Below, piece by piece: positions 28,625-36,304 of a DNA stretch of 64,000 nucleotides. This stretch comes from Tabrizicola sp. (GTDB taxonomy: Bacteria > Pseudomonadota > Alphaproteobacteria > Rhodobacterales > Rhodobacteraceae), in NCBI RefSeq assembly GCF_016793705.1, contig NZ_JAEULO010000043.1, forward strand, positions 351 through 64,350. The letters are read 5' to 3'. Under the pieces are notes generated by a model. It was given only the letters and a program-made list of their open reading frames with translations. It ran no database searches and was not told where the DNA came from. The translations under genes and the position numbers were made by a program. The stretch's first letter is position 1; each line of letters starts with the position of its first letter.

Positions 28625-29236
28625 TCAGTTCTTCTTCGGGGAACTTCCGCTGCTCTCACCCGAGCCCGAGCTGCCGCCCATACCCGACCCGCTGCTGCCG
28701 TGCACGCCCGAGCCGGACTTGCGGTTCTTGCGCCAGTCCTCGAACTCGCTGTCGAATTTCTTCTGGCGCTCGTCGTTGAATGCCTTGAAGTCCTCGTCAT
28801 GGGCCTGCATCTGCCGCTCGCGCCAGTTGTGGTAATGCTGGTCCTGGCTCATGCGGCGGCCCGGCTGGCCCTGCCCGCCCTGGCCGTAGCCGGACTGATA
28901 GTCACCATAGCCGCCTTGCGCATAGCCATAGCCCTGCCGATCGCCATAACCGCTCTGATCGGAATACATCCCGCCGCCCGCTTCGCCGTAGCCCCGGCTG
29001 CGCTGGTCATCGTACATGCCGCCCGACTGCCTGCGCGAGCCGTAGGTCCGACCGTAGTCCGACCCCTCGCCGCGGCCCGAGCCGTAATCTTCGTCTTCCT
29101 CGGACCAGCGCGACGACCCCGACGCACCGCGGCGGTTGTAGCGGTCGTCCTCGGCATAGGCGCGACCGGACGGCCCGGCCCGGTCGCCGCGATACGAACT
29201 GCCGCGATGGTCGTCGTCTTCATATCTTTGTGCCAT
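28625..29236 (-). CDS. Low-complexity G/R/D/S/Y-rich protein with a helical C-terminal segment
   Basis: GGAG RBS, EcfG-type promoter; DQHYHNWRERQMQAHDEDFKAFNDERQKKFDSEFEDWRKNR. Confidence 0.8.
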   Translation of the reverse strand: MAQRYEDDDHRGSSYRGDRAGPSGRAYAEDDRYNRRGASGSSRWSEEDEDYGSGRGEGSDYGRTYGSRRQSGGMYDDQRSRGYGEAGGGMYSDQSGYGDRQGYGYAQGGYGDYQSGYGQGGQGQPGRRMSQDQHYHNWRERQMQAHDEDFKAFNDERQKKFDSEFEDWRKNRKSGSGVHGSSGSGMGGSSGSGESSGSSPKKN

Positions 29237-29289
29237 GTCTCTCTCCAGTTGCTTGCCCGCGGGGGCGCCCCCCTTGCGGCTGTCTGTTC

Positions 29290-29314
29290 AACCGGGGCCG
29301 CATCCGATTGTTCC
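29290..29314 (-). promoter_or_regulatory. EcfG-type promoter
   Basis: GGAAC-N17-GTT on the minus strand, upstream of 28625..29236. Confidence 0.75.
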
Positions 29315-29381
29315 AGACCCAGTCAGGGGATCACCCGCGGTTCACGGGCTCTCGCGAAAGCCGGCAGTGGGACATGAAAAA

Positions 29382-29416
29382 CCGGTGGCCGCACCGCTTT
29401 CGCGCACAACCACCGG
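29382..29416 (-). terminator. Intrinsic terminator
   Basis: GC hairpin with G-U pairs and a GAAA loop, followed by TTTTT on the minus strand. Confidence 0.6.
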
Positions 29417-29478
29417 CCCCGGCAGGCCGAAGAGATCGACCCGCCAGTCGTCCCGCGATCAGGGCTGTCGCGGGTCCG

Positions 29479-29928
29479 TCACAGCGTGCCGACCGCTTCG
29501 CAGATCGCCTTCATCTCGGCCAGGTCATAGCCGGTCGGGGCGGTGGTCGCTGGATCGGTCGATGTCGTGCCGGTCGCTGCCCCGTCGCTTGCCGCCGTAT
29601 CCGCAGAGGTGTCCGCGGCGGCGGCCGAGCCGTCCGTTCCCGCATCGCCATGCGCGGTAAGGAAGGCCTGGCAATCGGCCTTGATCATCGTCTGGTCTTC
29701 CGGGCTCAGCGATTGCCAGCCCTTCGTCAGCTCCTCCCTGCTGCGCAGCGTCGCGCTGTCGGCATCGGTGAAGAAGGTGGTCCCGACCGAAAGCGGCCAG
29801 TTGGTCCCGAACTCGCCCGCTGTGGCGGCTTCGGGCGTGGCGTTCCCGATGGCGGTGGCATCGCTCTGGGCAGTCGCTTCCGCTGAAAGCAGAATCGTCA
29901 CGGGCAGGGCAAGGATGACGCGTTTCAT
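29479..29928 (-). CDS. Secreted hypothetical protein
   Basis: Signal peptide MKRVILALPVTILLSAEATA, AAAGGA RBS, two Cys, Ala/Thr/Asp-rich linker. Confidence 0.75.
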   Translation of the reverse strand: MKRVILALPVTILLSAEATAQSDATAIGNATPEAATAGEFGTNWPLSVGTTFFTDADSATLRSREELTKGWQSLSPEDQTMIKADCQAFLTAHGDAGTDGSAAAADTSADTAASDGAATGTTSTDPATTAPTGYDLAEMKAICEAVGTL

Positions 29929-30009
29929 GGCTCGTCCTTTCAATCATTGCAGGATGTCGCGCGGAGCAGCTTGTGCGCCCGCCTATGGTCTGAAGTCGCC
30001 AGTCCTCAG

Positions 30010-30034
30010 AACCATCGGGACAAGGATTTGTTCC
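30010..30034 (-). promoter_or_regulatory. EcfG-type promoter
   Basis: GGAAC-N17-GTT on the minus strand. Confidence 0.7.
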
Positions 30035-30180
30035 CGGTGCACGTGCTTCTCTAGAGGAACGCCGGGATGCAACGGTCGGGCCGCAATCCGCCGATGATCC
30101 GCAGAAAAGGTCTTTACTTTTCGTCGTTTGCGATAACCTTGAACAAACCGGGTTTGCGCTGCGTCGCAGGGAGGGAACCC

Positions 30181-30345
30181 ATGCCGCAGGAAACCGACCC
30201 GAAAGCCGGCCCCGAGACGGATGCTGACCTGCGTCAGGTTCTGGACAATGCCAAGGCGGAACCCGTTCCCGGCAAGATCATCGAACTTGCGGAAAAGCTG
30301 GAGGGCGTGCTCGCCGCGAAGCGGAAGCCGCAAAAGCCTCGCTAG
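30181..30345 (+). CDS. nepR: NepR-like anti-sigma factor
   Basis: LRQVLDNAKAEPVPGKIIELAEKL matches the NepR pattern LRxxxDxxxxEPVPxxxxxL; 54 aa; GGAGG RBS. Start re-assigned. Confidence 0.65.
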   Translation: MPQETDPKAGPETDADLRQVLDNAKAEPVPGKIIELAEKLEGVLAAKRKPQKPR

Positions 30346-30348
30346 ATC

Positions 30349-30537
30349 TCAGCCATGCACCGGCGGGATCACCTTCCCCGGCGGCGGCTGTTGCGGGTCC
30401 TGGGGCGGTACGGGTTGCGGGTCTGGCATCGGGTCCGGAAAGACATCCGGCTCGACAGGATCGCCGGGAACCGGAAGCTCGGGTTCAGCGGGCGGCAGAT
30501 CCGGACCTTCGGGGCGACCGAAAGCATGAGGCATCAT
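30349..30537 (-). CDS. Small Pro-rich protein
   Basis: AGGAG RBS; PAEPELPVPGDPVEPDVFPDPMPDPQPVPPQDP. Confidence 0.6.
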   Translation of the reverse strand: MMPHAFGRPEGPDLPPAEPELPVPGDPVEPDVFPDPMPDPQPVPPQDPQQPPPGKVIPPVHG

Positions 30538-30604
30538 CTGAAGTGCTCCTGTTGCAGGTCGGCAGGGGGAGGGCCGGACCGCAACGCGCGATCCGCTCCT
30601 CTCG

Positions 30605-30904
30605 TCAGTCGCGATGCTCGGGCAGGGCCTTCAGCTGGTCCTTGGTCCAGGACGTCATGCCATGGACGTTGCCGTTCTCGTCGCGCATCATGTTCAGCTT
30701 GTCCAAGGCCACCAGAACCGGCTTCGAGCCGATCCCGAGGAACCCGCCCACGTCGATGACCGCCTGCGCTGTATCTCCGCCCGCCCCGTGCAGATGCGAG
30801 ATCGTGCCCACCTTCTCGTCCTCCGCCCCGTAGATCGGGGCGCTGACCAGGTTCGACTCGGTCAACTCGGCGGCGCTCAGTCGGGTATGCGTGCTATGGT
30901 CCAT
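30605..30904 (-). CDS. PRC-barrel domain protein
   Basis: IYGAEDEKVGTI, VIDVGGFLGIGSKPV, WTKDQLKALP. Confidence 0.88.
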   Translation of the reverse strand: MDHSTHTRLSAAELTESNLVSAPIYGAEDEKVGTISHLHGAGGDTAQAVIDVGGFLGIGSKPVLVALDKLNMMRDENGNVHGMTSWTKDQLKALPEHRD

Positions 30905-30957
30905 CGCAGATCGCTCCTCTGTTCCAGGCCGGACGGTTCCGGCCGATCAGAGGATGC

Positions 30958-30983
30958 AACCGGCAACCCGCCGGGATTGTTCC
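30958..30983 (-). promoter_or_regulatory. EcfG-type promoter
   Basis: GGAAC-N18-GTT on the minus strand. Confidence 0.7.
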
Positions 30984-30996
30984 CCTGCCGAAGGCG

Positions 30997-31182
30997 TCAA
31001 TCCTCCTTGCGCTCTGGCAAGCCCTTGCGCGGGGTGGCCGCCAGTTCTTCCAGCTCGCGCTCCGTCATGGACTTGGCCATGTCCTTCGACGCGCCGAAAA
31101 GCTTGTCCTTGCTCGTCTCGCCGCGCTTTGCGGCCAGGGCCGCCCCCGCCGCCTTCTGCTGTGCCTTCGATCTGGCTGGCAT
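30997..31182 (-). CDS. DUF3008-family small protein
   Basis: MPARSKAQQKAAGAALAAKRG...SMTERELEELAAT. Confidence 0.85.
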   Translation of the reverse strand: MPARSKAQQKAAGAALAAKRGETSKDKLFGASKDMAKSMTERELEELAATPRKGLPERKED

Positions 31183-31275
31183 GATCATTCCTCCGTGTCA
31201 GGTTTCCCCGGCTTCGGGCGTGCGTCAGCTTCGGGAGTGTCCACCATCGGGGCCTCCAGCCGGTCAGGCCATACC

Positions 31276-31301
31276 AAGCCCCGGCCTGCGCGGATTGTTC
31301 C
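31276..31301 (-). promoter_or_regulatory. EcfG-type promoter (variant -10)
   Basis: GGAACAAT with N18-CTT spacing. Confidence 0.5.
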
Positions 31302-31408
31302 CCAACGTCCGCATCACGGAATCGGGAGCCTTTCTCCCGGTCGCGGATCCTTCGGGACCGGCCATCACCGGACGAGATCCGCTTCTTCTCCGGCCTCGCC
31401 GTCTGCCG

Positions 31409-31948
31409 CTACCGGGCCGGAAACGGATGGCTCAGCCCCGGCGCACCCGCCATGCCGAACCGCCACGGACGCTCGACGGCGCGCGTGATCCCGATCCGCG
31501 GGCCGACCAGCAATTCCGTCGCCCGCCCGCCGCCCTCCAGCGCGAACCCCTCGGCACCGAACAAGGTCCCGCCATCGGAAAGCCCGATCCCCAGCGCCTG
31601 GCCCACCCGGCCAGGCCCCGCCGCCAGCAGTCCCGCCCCGCCCCGGCGCTCCCGCATCGCCTCGATGCCGAACTCCGGCCGGATCGCGCGGATCAGCACC
31701 GCCTCGCCCGGCCGCCCCACCACGTTCAGGCACAGATGGCAGCCGTAGGACAGATAGACATAGACGCTGCCCGCCGGGCCGAACATCGCCGCATTCCGCG
31801 CCGTCAGTCCGCGAAAACTGTGCGAGGCCGGGTCGTCCCGCCCATACGCCTCGGTCTCCAGAACGGTCCCGCCCACGCCGCGCACCAGAAGCCGCGCCCC
31901 GATCAGGTCGCGGGCCAGGCCGGTGATCTCCTGGTCAAAGATCAGCAT
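31409..31948 (-). CDS. 3-methyladenine DNA glycosylase (Mpg/AAG family)
   Basis: ETEAY, AMFGPAGSVYVY, AVLIRAI, GPGRV, GPRIGI. Start re-assigned to 31948. Confidence 0.9.
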   Translation of the reverse strand: MLIFDQEITGLARDLIGARLLVRGVGGTVLETEAYGRDDPASHSFRGLTARNAAMFGPAGSVYVYLSYGCHLCLNVVGRPGEAVLIRAIRPEFGIEAMRERRGGAGLLAAGPGRVGQALGIGLSDGGTLFGAEGFALEGGGRATELLVGPRIGITRAVERPWRFGMAGAPGLSHPFPAR

Positions 31949-31978
31949 CCGCCTCTCGCATGAAACTTTCCCCGCTCT

Positions 31979-32004
31979 GGAACGCCACGCCCCCGATCCG
32001 CGTT
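31979..32004 (+). promoter_or_regulatory. EcfG-type promoter
   Basis: Perfect GGAAC-N17-CGTT. Confidence 0.8.
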
Positions 32005-32031
32005 TCCACCTATAGCCACAGGGAACCCGGC

Positions 32032-32301
32032 ATGTCGCGCCAGAAGCCACCCGTTCAACCCTTCAACCTTGCGCTCGAAGGTCGGCTCCTCGCTCACCGT
32101 CGGCTCCTGGTCGAGCTTGTGCGATCCCTGCCCGATGCCCGCCGGGCCGAGTTGATGGACTGGCTCGATGACCGCGCCCTCTATCGGGACGGTCAGGAAG
32201 ATCCCGGCGCCGTTCCGGGCGAGGGGATCGCGCTGGAGCTTGCCCGCGCCGACGAATTCCGGCTTCTGAAGCGTCTCTGCGCCAGTCTGGAGCCCGACTG
32301 A
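32032..32301 (+). CDS. Hypothetical protein
   Basis: ATG 27 bp after the EcfG-type promoter; LEGRLLAHRRLL and QEDPGAVP. Confidence 0.7.
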   Translation: MSRQKPPVQPFNLALEGRLLAHRRLLVELVRSLPDARRAELMDWLDDRALYRDGQEDPGAVPGEGIALELARADEFRLLKRLCASLEPD

Positions 32302-32320
32302 TCCGTCGTTCGGCAGCCGG

Positions 32321-32346
32321 GGAACATTTCGCCCCTGCCGCAGGTT
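32321..32346 (+). promoter_or_regulatory. EcfG-type promoter
   Basis: GGAAC-N17-GGTT. Confidence 0.72.
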
Positions 32347-32379
32347 CCTTCAGGATGTCCAAACCACCCGGAGACTGCC

Positions 32380-32601
32380 ATGTCCGCCCCCAAAACCAAC
32401 CTCGAAACCCAAAGACGTCGGCACATCGTCCCGCTGATCGGCATGGCGCTGGTCGTGATCTTCGGGGTCGGCCTGATCCTCTTCTGGCAGTTCGAAGAGG
32501 CCGCGCGGGGTGACTCTCCGGGCACGGACGTGACCGACAGCCCGGATGCCCGCCCGAACGATGCCACCAACCCGCCCGTGACGCCCGCTCCGATCGAGTG
32601 A
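32380..32601 (+). CDS. Small single-TM protein
   Basis: GGAG RBS; MSAPKTNLETQRRRH, then a TM helix and a P/T/D tail. Confidence 0.8.
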   Translation: MSAPKTNLETQRRRHIVPLIGMALVVIFGVGLILFWQFEEAARGDSPGTDVTDSPDARPNDATNPPVTPAPIE

Positions 32602-32616
32602 AGCCCGGCAAGATGA

Positions 32617-32640
32617 AAGCCCGGCCGCAAGGCCGGGCTT
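32617..32640 (+). terminator. Hairpin terminator
   Basis: AAGCCCGGCC-GCAA-GGCCGGGCTT, perfect stem. Confidence 0.75.
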
Positions 32641-32665
32641 CGCATTTCAGGACGGGGGGCAAAGG

Positions 32666-32737
32666 TTTAGAAAGTCCTAATTTCCACAAGCAACCCCTTG
32701 ATCTGAAACCATTCTCGCGGATTGTCCACTGTGGACA
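32666..32737. repeat. Intergenic repeat copy B
   Basis: IHF-like GATCAAGGGGTTG (minus strand, 32691-32703), 19-nt gap, TGTCCACTGTGGACA at 32723-32737; same spacing as copy A. Confidence 0.75.
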
Positions 32738-32750
32738 GCCCGCACCCGCC

Positions 32751-32924
32751 TCAGCGCTGCTGAGGCCGGTTCTGGTCCTGCTGGCCTTTCTGCTGGCCTT
32801 GGCCCGCCTGCCTTTGGTCGGCCTGGCCCTGACCACCTTGCTGCGGCTTGTGCTGGCCGCCCTGGTTGTCCTGGCCTTGCTGCTTCTGTTGGTCCTGCTG
32901 CGGGTTCTGCTGCTGGTTCGCCAT
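32751..32924 (-). CDS. 57-aa Gln/Gly-rich disordered microprotein (not in the ORF track)
   Basis: MANQQQNPQQDQQKQQGQDNQGG...RPQQR*; AAAAGGAGAG RBS; own EcfG-type promoter. Confidence 0.8.
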   Translation of the reverse strand: MANQQQNPQQDQQKQQGQDNQGGQHKPQQGGQGQADQRQAGQGQQKGQQDQNRPQQR

Positions 32925-32958
32925 CGTTTCTCTCCTTTTCGGCTGGCAATGCAGAAAG

Positions 32959-32983
32959 AACCGCCGTTCCGCCGCATTGTTCC
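32959..32983 (-). promoter_or_regulatory. EcfG-type promoter
   Basis: GGAAC-N17-GTT on the minus strand. Confidence 0.75.
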
Positions 32984-32985
32984 CG

Positions 32986-33010
32986 GGAACCGTCGTCCTC
33001 CCCCCGGGTT
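32986..33010 (+). promoter_or_regulatory. EcfG-type promoter for ku
   Basis: GGAAC-N17-GTT. Confidence 0.75.
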
Positions 33011-33037
33011 GAGCACATTCACCGGATGGAGACCCCG

Positions 33038-33847
33038 ATGCCCGCTGGCGCCTTCTGGAAGGGCTACCTCAAGCTCTCGCTCGTCACCTGCCCTGTGGCG
33101 ATGCAGCCCGCCACCAGCGACAGCGGCCGCCTGCGCTTCCACACCCTCAACCGCCGGACCGGCAACCGGGTGCAGCGGCAGTATGTCGACGCGGTGACCG
33201 GGAAACGGGTGGCGGACGAAGACCAGGCCCGCGGCTACCCGCGCGGGGAAGACGGCCATGTGATCCTGGAGGAAGCCGAGCTTGACGCCGTCGCCCTGGA
33301 AAGCACCCGGACCATCGACATCGAGGAGTTCGTCCCCTCCGGCCGCATCGGCTGGATCTGGTATGACCGCCCGCATTTTCTGGTCCCCGATGACAGGATT
33401 GCCGAAGAGGCCTTCTCGGTCATCCGCGACGCCATGCGGTCCACCGATACCGTCGGCATCGCGCGGCTGGTCCTCTACCGCCGCGAGCGGGCGGTGATGC
33501 TGACCCCGCGCGGCAAGGGGATCATCCTGTGGACCCTCCGCTATGGCGACGAGGTGCGGGACGAGGCGGAGTATTTCGCCGAGGCGGAAGCATCGAAGCC
33601 CGATGGCGAAGCGCTGAAGCTGGTCAGCCGGTTGATCGAAAGCCGGACCGCGGACTGGGACCCGAGCCTGGTCGAGGACCCGGTTCAGGACCGGCTGCTG
33701 AAACTGATCGAGTCGAAGCGGAAGGGCAGCAAGCGGGCGGCCAGGGCCAAGCCGGAGGCTCCGGCGGAGAGCGGCAAGGTGGTCAGCATCATCGACGCCC
33801 TGAAACGCAGCATCGCCGCCGAGAAGGCCCCGTCGCGCAAGCGCTAG
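33038..33847 (+). CDS. ku: NHEJ Ku protein (copy 1)
   Basis: AFWKGYLKLSLVTCPV; YDRPHFL; VVSIIDALKRS. Its stop shares a CTAG with the ligD stop. Confidence 0.94.
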   Translation: MPAGAFWKGYLKLSLVTCPVAMQPATSDSGRLRFHTLNRRTGNRVQRQYVDAVTGKRVADEDQARGYPRGEDGHVILEEAELDAVALESTRTIDIEEFVPSGRIGWIWYDRPHFLVPDDRIAEEAFSVIRDAMRSTDTVGIARLVLYRRERAVMLTPRGKGIILWTLRYGDEVRDEAEYFAEAEASKPDGEALKLVSRLIESRTADWDPSLVEDPVQDRLLKLIESKRKGSKRAARAKPEAPAESGKVVSIIDALKRSIAAEKAPSRKR

Positions 33848-36303
33848 GCGGGCAGAGACCGCGCTGCCTCGGCGAAACCCTCCCAGGGGTCGCGGCGCAG
33901 CGATTGCAGGCGGACGGGCATGGTCCGCACCGTGAAATCCGCAGGCCCTGCCCCGGCGGCAAGCTCGTCCCAGGTCACGGGGGCCGACACCTGCGCGCCG
34001 GGCCGGGCGCGTGTCGAATAGGCCGCCACCGCCGTCGCGCCCCTCTGGTTCCGCAGGTAGTCGACCAGAATCTTCCCCCGCCGCTTCGATTTGGTGATCG
34101 TCGCCACATAGCGGGACGGATCCTCCGAGGCCATTGCCTGCGCAAGGTCGCGGCAGAAGGTCTTGACGGCAGGCCAGTCCGCCCTGGGCTGCAAGGGCGC
34201 CACGACATGCAGCCCCTTGCCGCCCGAGGTCTTGGCGAAGGCCGCAAGGCCAACCGCTTCCAGCCTTTGCCGGACGTCCGTCGCCGCCGCCACCAGGTCC
34301 GCCCATGCGATCCCCTCACCGGGGTCGAGGTCGATCACGATGCGGTCCGGCCTCTCCCAGTCCTTCAGCGTGCCGCCCCAGGGGTGGATCTCCAGTGCCG
34401 CCGATTGCACCAGCGCGATCAGCCCGTCGAGGGTCGCAATCGCCAGCGACGGCGCATCCTTCGGCTCGGCAGGGTCCTGTACCCGCAGGATGGCGGCGTT
34501 CATCCCCTTCCATTCGTGTTTCTGGAAGAACTGCTGCCCGCCGATCCCGTCCGGGCAGCGCAAGAGCGCCAGCGGGCGACCGATGACATGCGGGGCGATC
34601 CAGGACCAGACCGCCGTGTAGTAATCCGCAAGCTCGGCCTTGGTGATCCCCTCCTTGGGCCAGTAGACGCGATCGGGATGGGTCAGCTTGATCCGCCGGG
34701 CGGGAGGCGGGTCGGTGGGCGTGGCTTCCGCGTCCTCTGGCGCTGGGGAGGGCCGTCCTTCGCCCGTCACCTCGCTGGCCTCCTTGTCCTCGCGCAGGCC
34801 CCGAAAGGCGGCGTGGCGCAGGTTGCCGTCGGCGGTCCAGGCTCGGAAATCCACCTCGGCCACCAATTCCGGCCGGACATAGCGCACTCCGCGTTTCTCC
34901 ACGCCCTTGAGCAGCGGGTCGAAGGGCGATTCCCCGGTCTCCAGCGCCTTGAGCCTTGTCATCAGCCCTTCCGCCACGGCGGCGGAGAAGCCTGTGCCGA
35001 CCCGGCCGACATGGTGCAGCTTGTCGCCCCGGAACACGCCCATCACCAGAGACCCGATGGCGCGGGGTGAAGCGGCCGAGGGCACGAAGCCGCCGATCAC
35101 GAACTCCTGCCGGGCCGAGCATTTCGACTTGACCCAAGCCTGCCCCCGCCCTGCCCGATAGGGGCTGTCGCGCAGCTTCGAGACGACGCCTTCCAGCCCC
35201 ATCCGGCAGGCATGGCGCAGCACGATCTCGCCCCGGTCATCCAGATGGTCGCTGAGCCGGATCGGGTCGGCGGCCTTGGCGACCAGCGTGGCGAGCAGGC
35301 GCTTGCGTTCGACCAGCGGCAACGGGGTCAGGTCGTGGCCGTTCAGGTGGAGGAGGTCGAAGACGTAGTAGAGCATCCGGTCGCTGCGCCCCTCGGAGAG
35401 GTCGGCCTGCAAGGCCGAGAAGTCCGATGACCGCCCCGCCACTTCCACCACCACCTCGCCGTCAAGGATCGCCTGTTCGGCGGGGAGCCCTGCCAGCGCC
35501 CTGGCCAACGCCTCTCCGAACCGCCCGGTCCAGTCGCGGCCCGACCGGGTGAAGAGGCGGACCTTGCCGTCCATCAGATGCGCCTGGATGCGGTAGCCAT
35601 CGAACTTGATCTCGTGCAGCCAGCGGTCGTCGCCGGGGGTCGCCTTGACCAGGGTCGCCAGCATCGGCGGCAGGAAGTCCGGCATCGTAGCGGCGGGTGA
35701 GGGCGGGGATCTCCTGCTGCGAGGTTTCCGGGCGGGTTTGCCCGCGACCTCCTCGATCAGCCGTCCCGTCTTCACCGACTCCGGGCGTTCCTCCAGGATG
35801 TCGGGGGCGCTTTCGTCGCGTGCGCTGGCATCCTCGCCCTTGATCAAGAGCCAGTTCTCGCGCTTTTCCCTGGGCTTGCTGCGCATCCGGATCAGGTGCC
35901 AGCGGCCCGTCAGCTTTTCGCCCTTCAGCTCGAATTCCAGATGACCCTTGGCAAAGCCCTTCGCGGCGTCGAAGACCGGCGTCCAGGTGCCGCGGTCCCA
36001 GACGATCACCGTGCCTGCGCCATACTGGCCCGCGGGGATCGTGCCCTCGAAGCTGCCGTAGTCCATCGGGTGATCCTCGACATGGACCGCAAGGCGCTTT
36101 TCGCCCGGCACGAGGCTGGGCCCGCGCGTCACCGCCCAGCTTTTCAGCACCCCGTCCACCTCCAGCCGCAGGTCATAGTGCAGCCGCGTCGCATCGTGCT
36201 TCTGGATGACGAAGACCGGATCGCCCGCCGACTTGCGCTTGCGGCCCTTCGGCTCGGGCGTCGCATCGAAGTCGCGCATCGACTGGTAGGTCTCCAGCAC
36301 CAT
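33844..36303 (-). CDS. ligD: DNA ligase D (phosphoesterase-ligase-polymerase)
   Basis: HYDLRLE (PE domain), HEIKFDGYR (ligase adenylation), KTSGGKGLHV and DYLRN (polymerase). Confidence 0.96.
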   Translation of the reverse strand: MVLETYQSMRDFDATPEPKGRKRKSAGDPVFVIQKHDATRLHYDLRLEVDGVLKSWAVTRGPSLVPGEKRLAVHVEDHPMDYGSFEGTIPAGQYGAGTVIVWDRGTWTPVFDAAKGFAKGHLEFELKGEKLTGRWHLIRMRSKPREKRENWLLIKGEDASARDESAPDILEERPESVKTGRLIEEVAGKPARKPRSRRSPPSPAATMPDFLPPMLATLVKATPGDDRWLHEIKFDGYRIQAHLMDGKVRLFTRSGRDWTGRFGEALARALAGLPAEQAILDGEVVVEVAGRSSDFSALQADLSEGRSDRMLYYVFDLLHLNGHDLTPLPLVERKRLLATLVAKAADPIRLSDHLDDRGEIVLRHACRMGLEGVVSKLRDSPYRAGRGQAWVKSKCSARQEFVIGGFVPSAASPRAIGSLVMGVFRGDKLHHVGRVGTGFSAAVAEGLMTRLKALETGESPFDPLLKGVEKRGVRYVRPELVAEVDFRAWTADGNLRHAAFRGLREDKEASEVTGEGRPSPAPEDAEATPTDPPPARRIKLTHPDRVYWPKEGITKAELADYYTAVWSWIAPHVIGRPLALLRCPDGIGGQQFFQKHEWKGMNAAILRVQDPAEPKDAPSLAIATLDGLIALVQSAALEIHPWGGTLKDWERPDRIVIDLDPGEGIAWADLVAAATDVRQRLEAVGLAAFAKTSGGKGLHVVAPLQPRADWPAVKTFCRDLAQAMASEDPSRYVATITKSKRRGKILVDYLRNQRGATAVAAYSTRARPGAQVSAPVTWDELAAGAGPADFTVRTMPVRLQSLRRDPWEGFAEAARSLPA

Positions 36304-36304
36304 C

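Noticed and set aside
32598-33197. Tracked hydrophobic 199-aa ORF
   Set aside because: Wrong frame of the Gln-rich microprotein region; the RBS and promoter support 32751..32924 instead.
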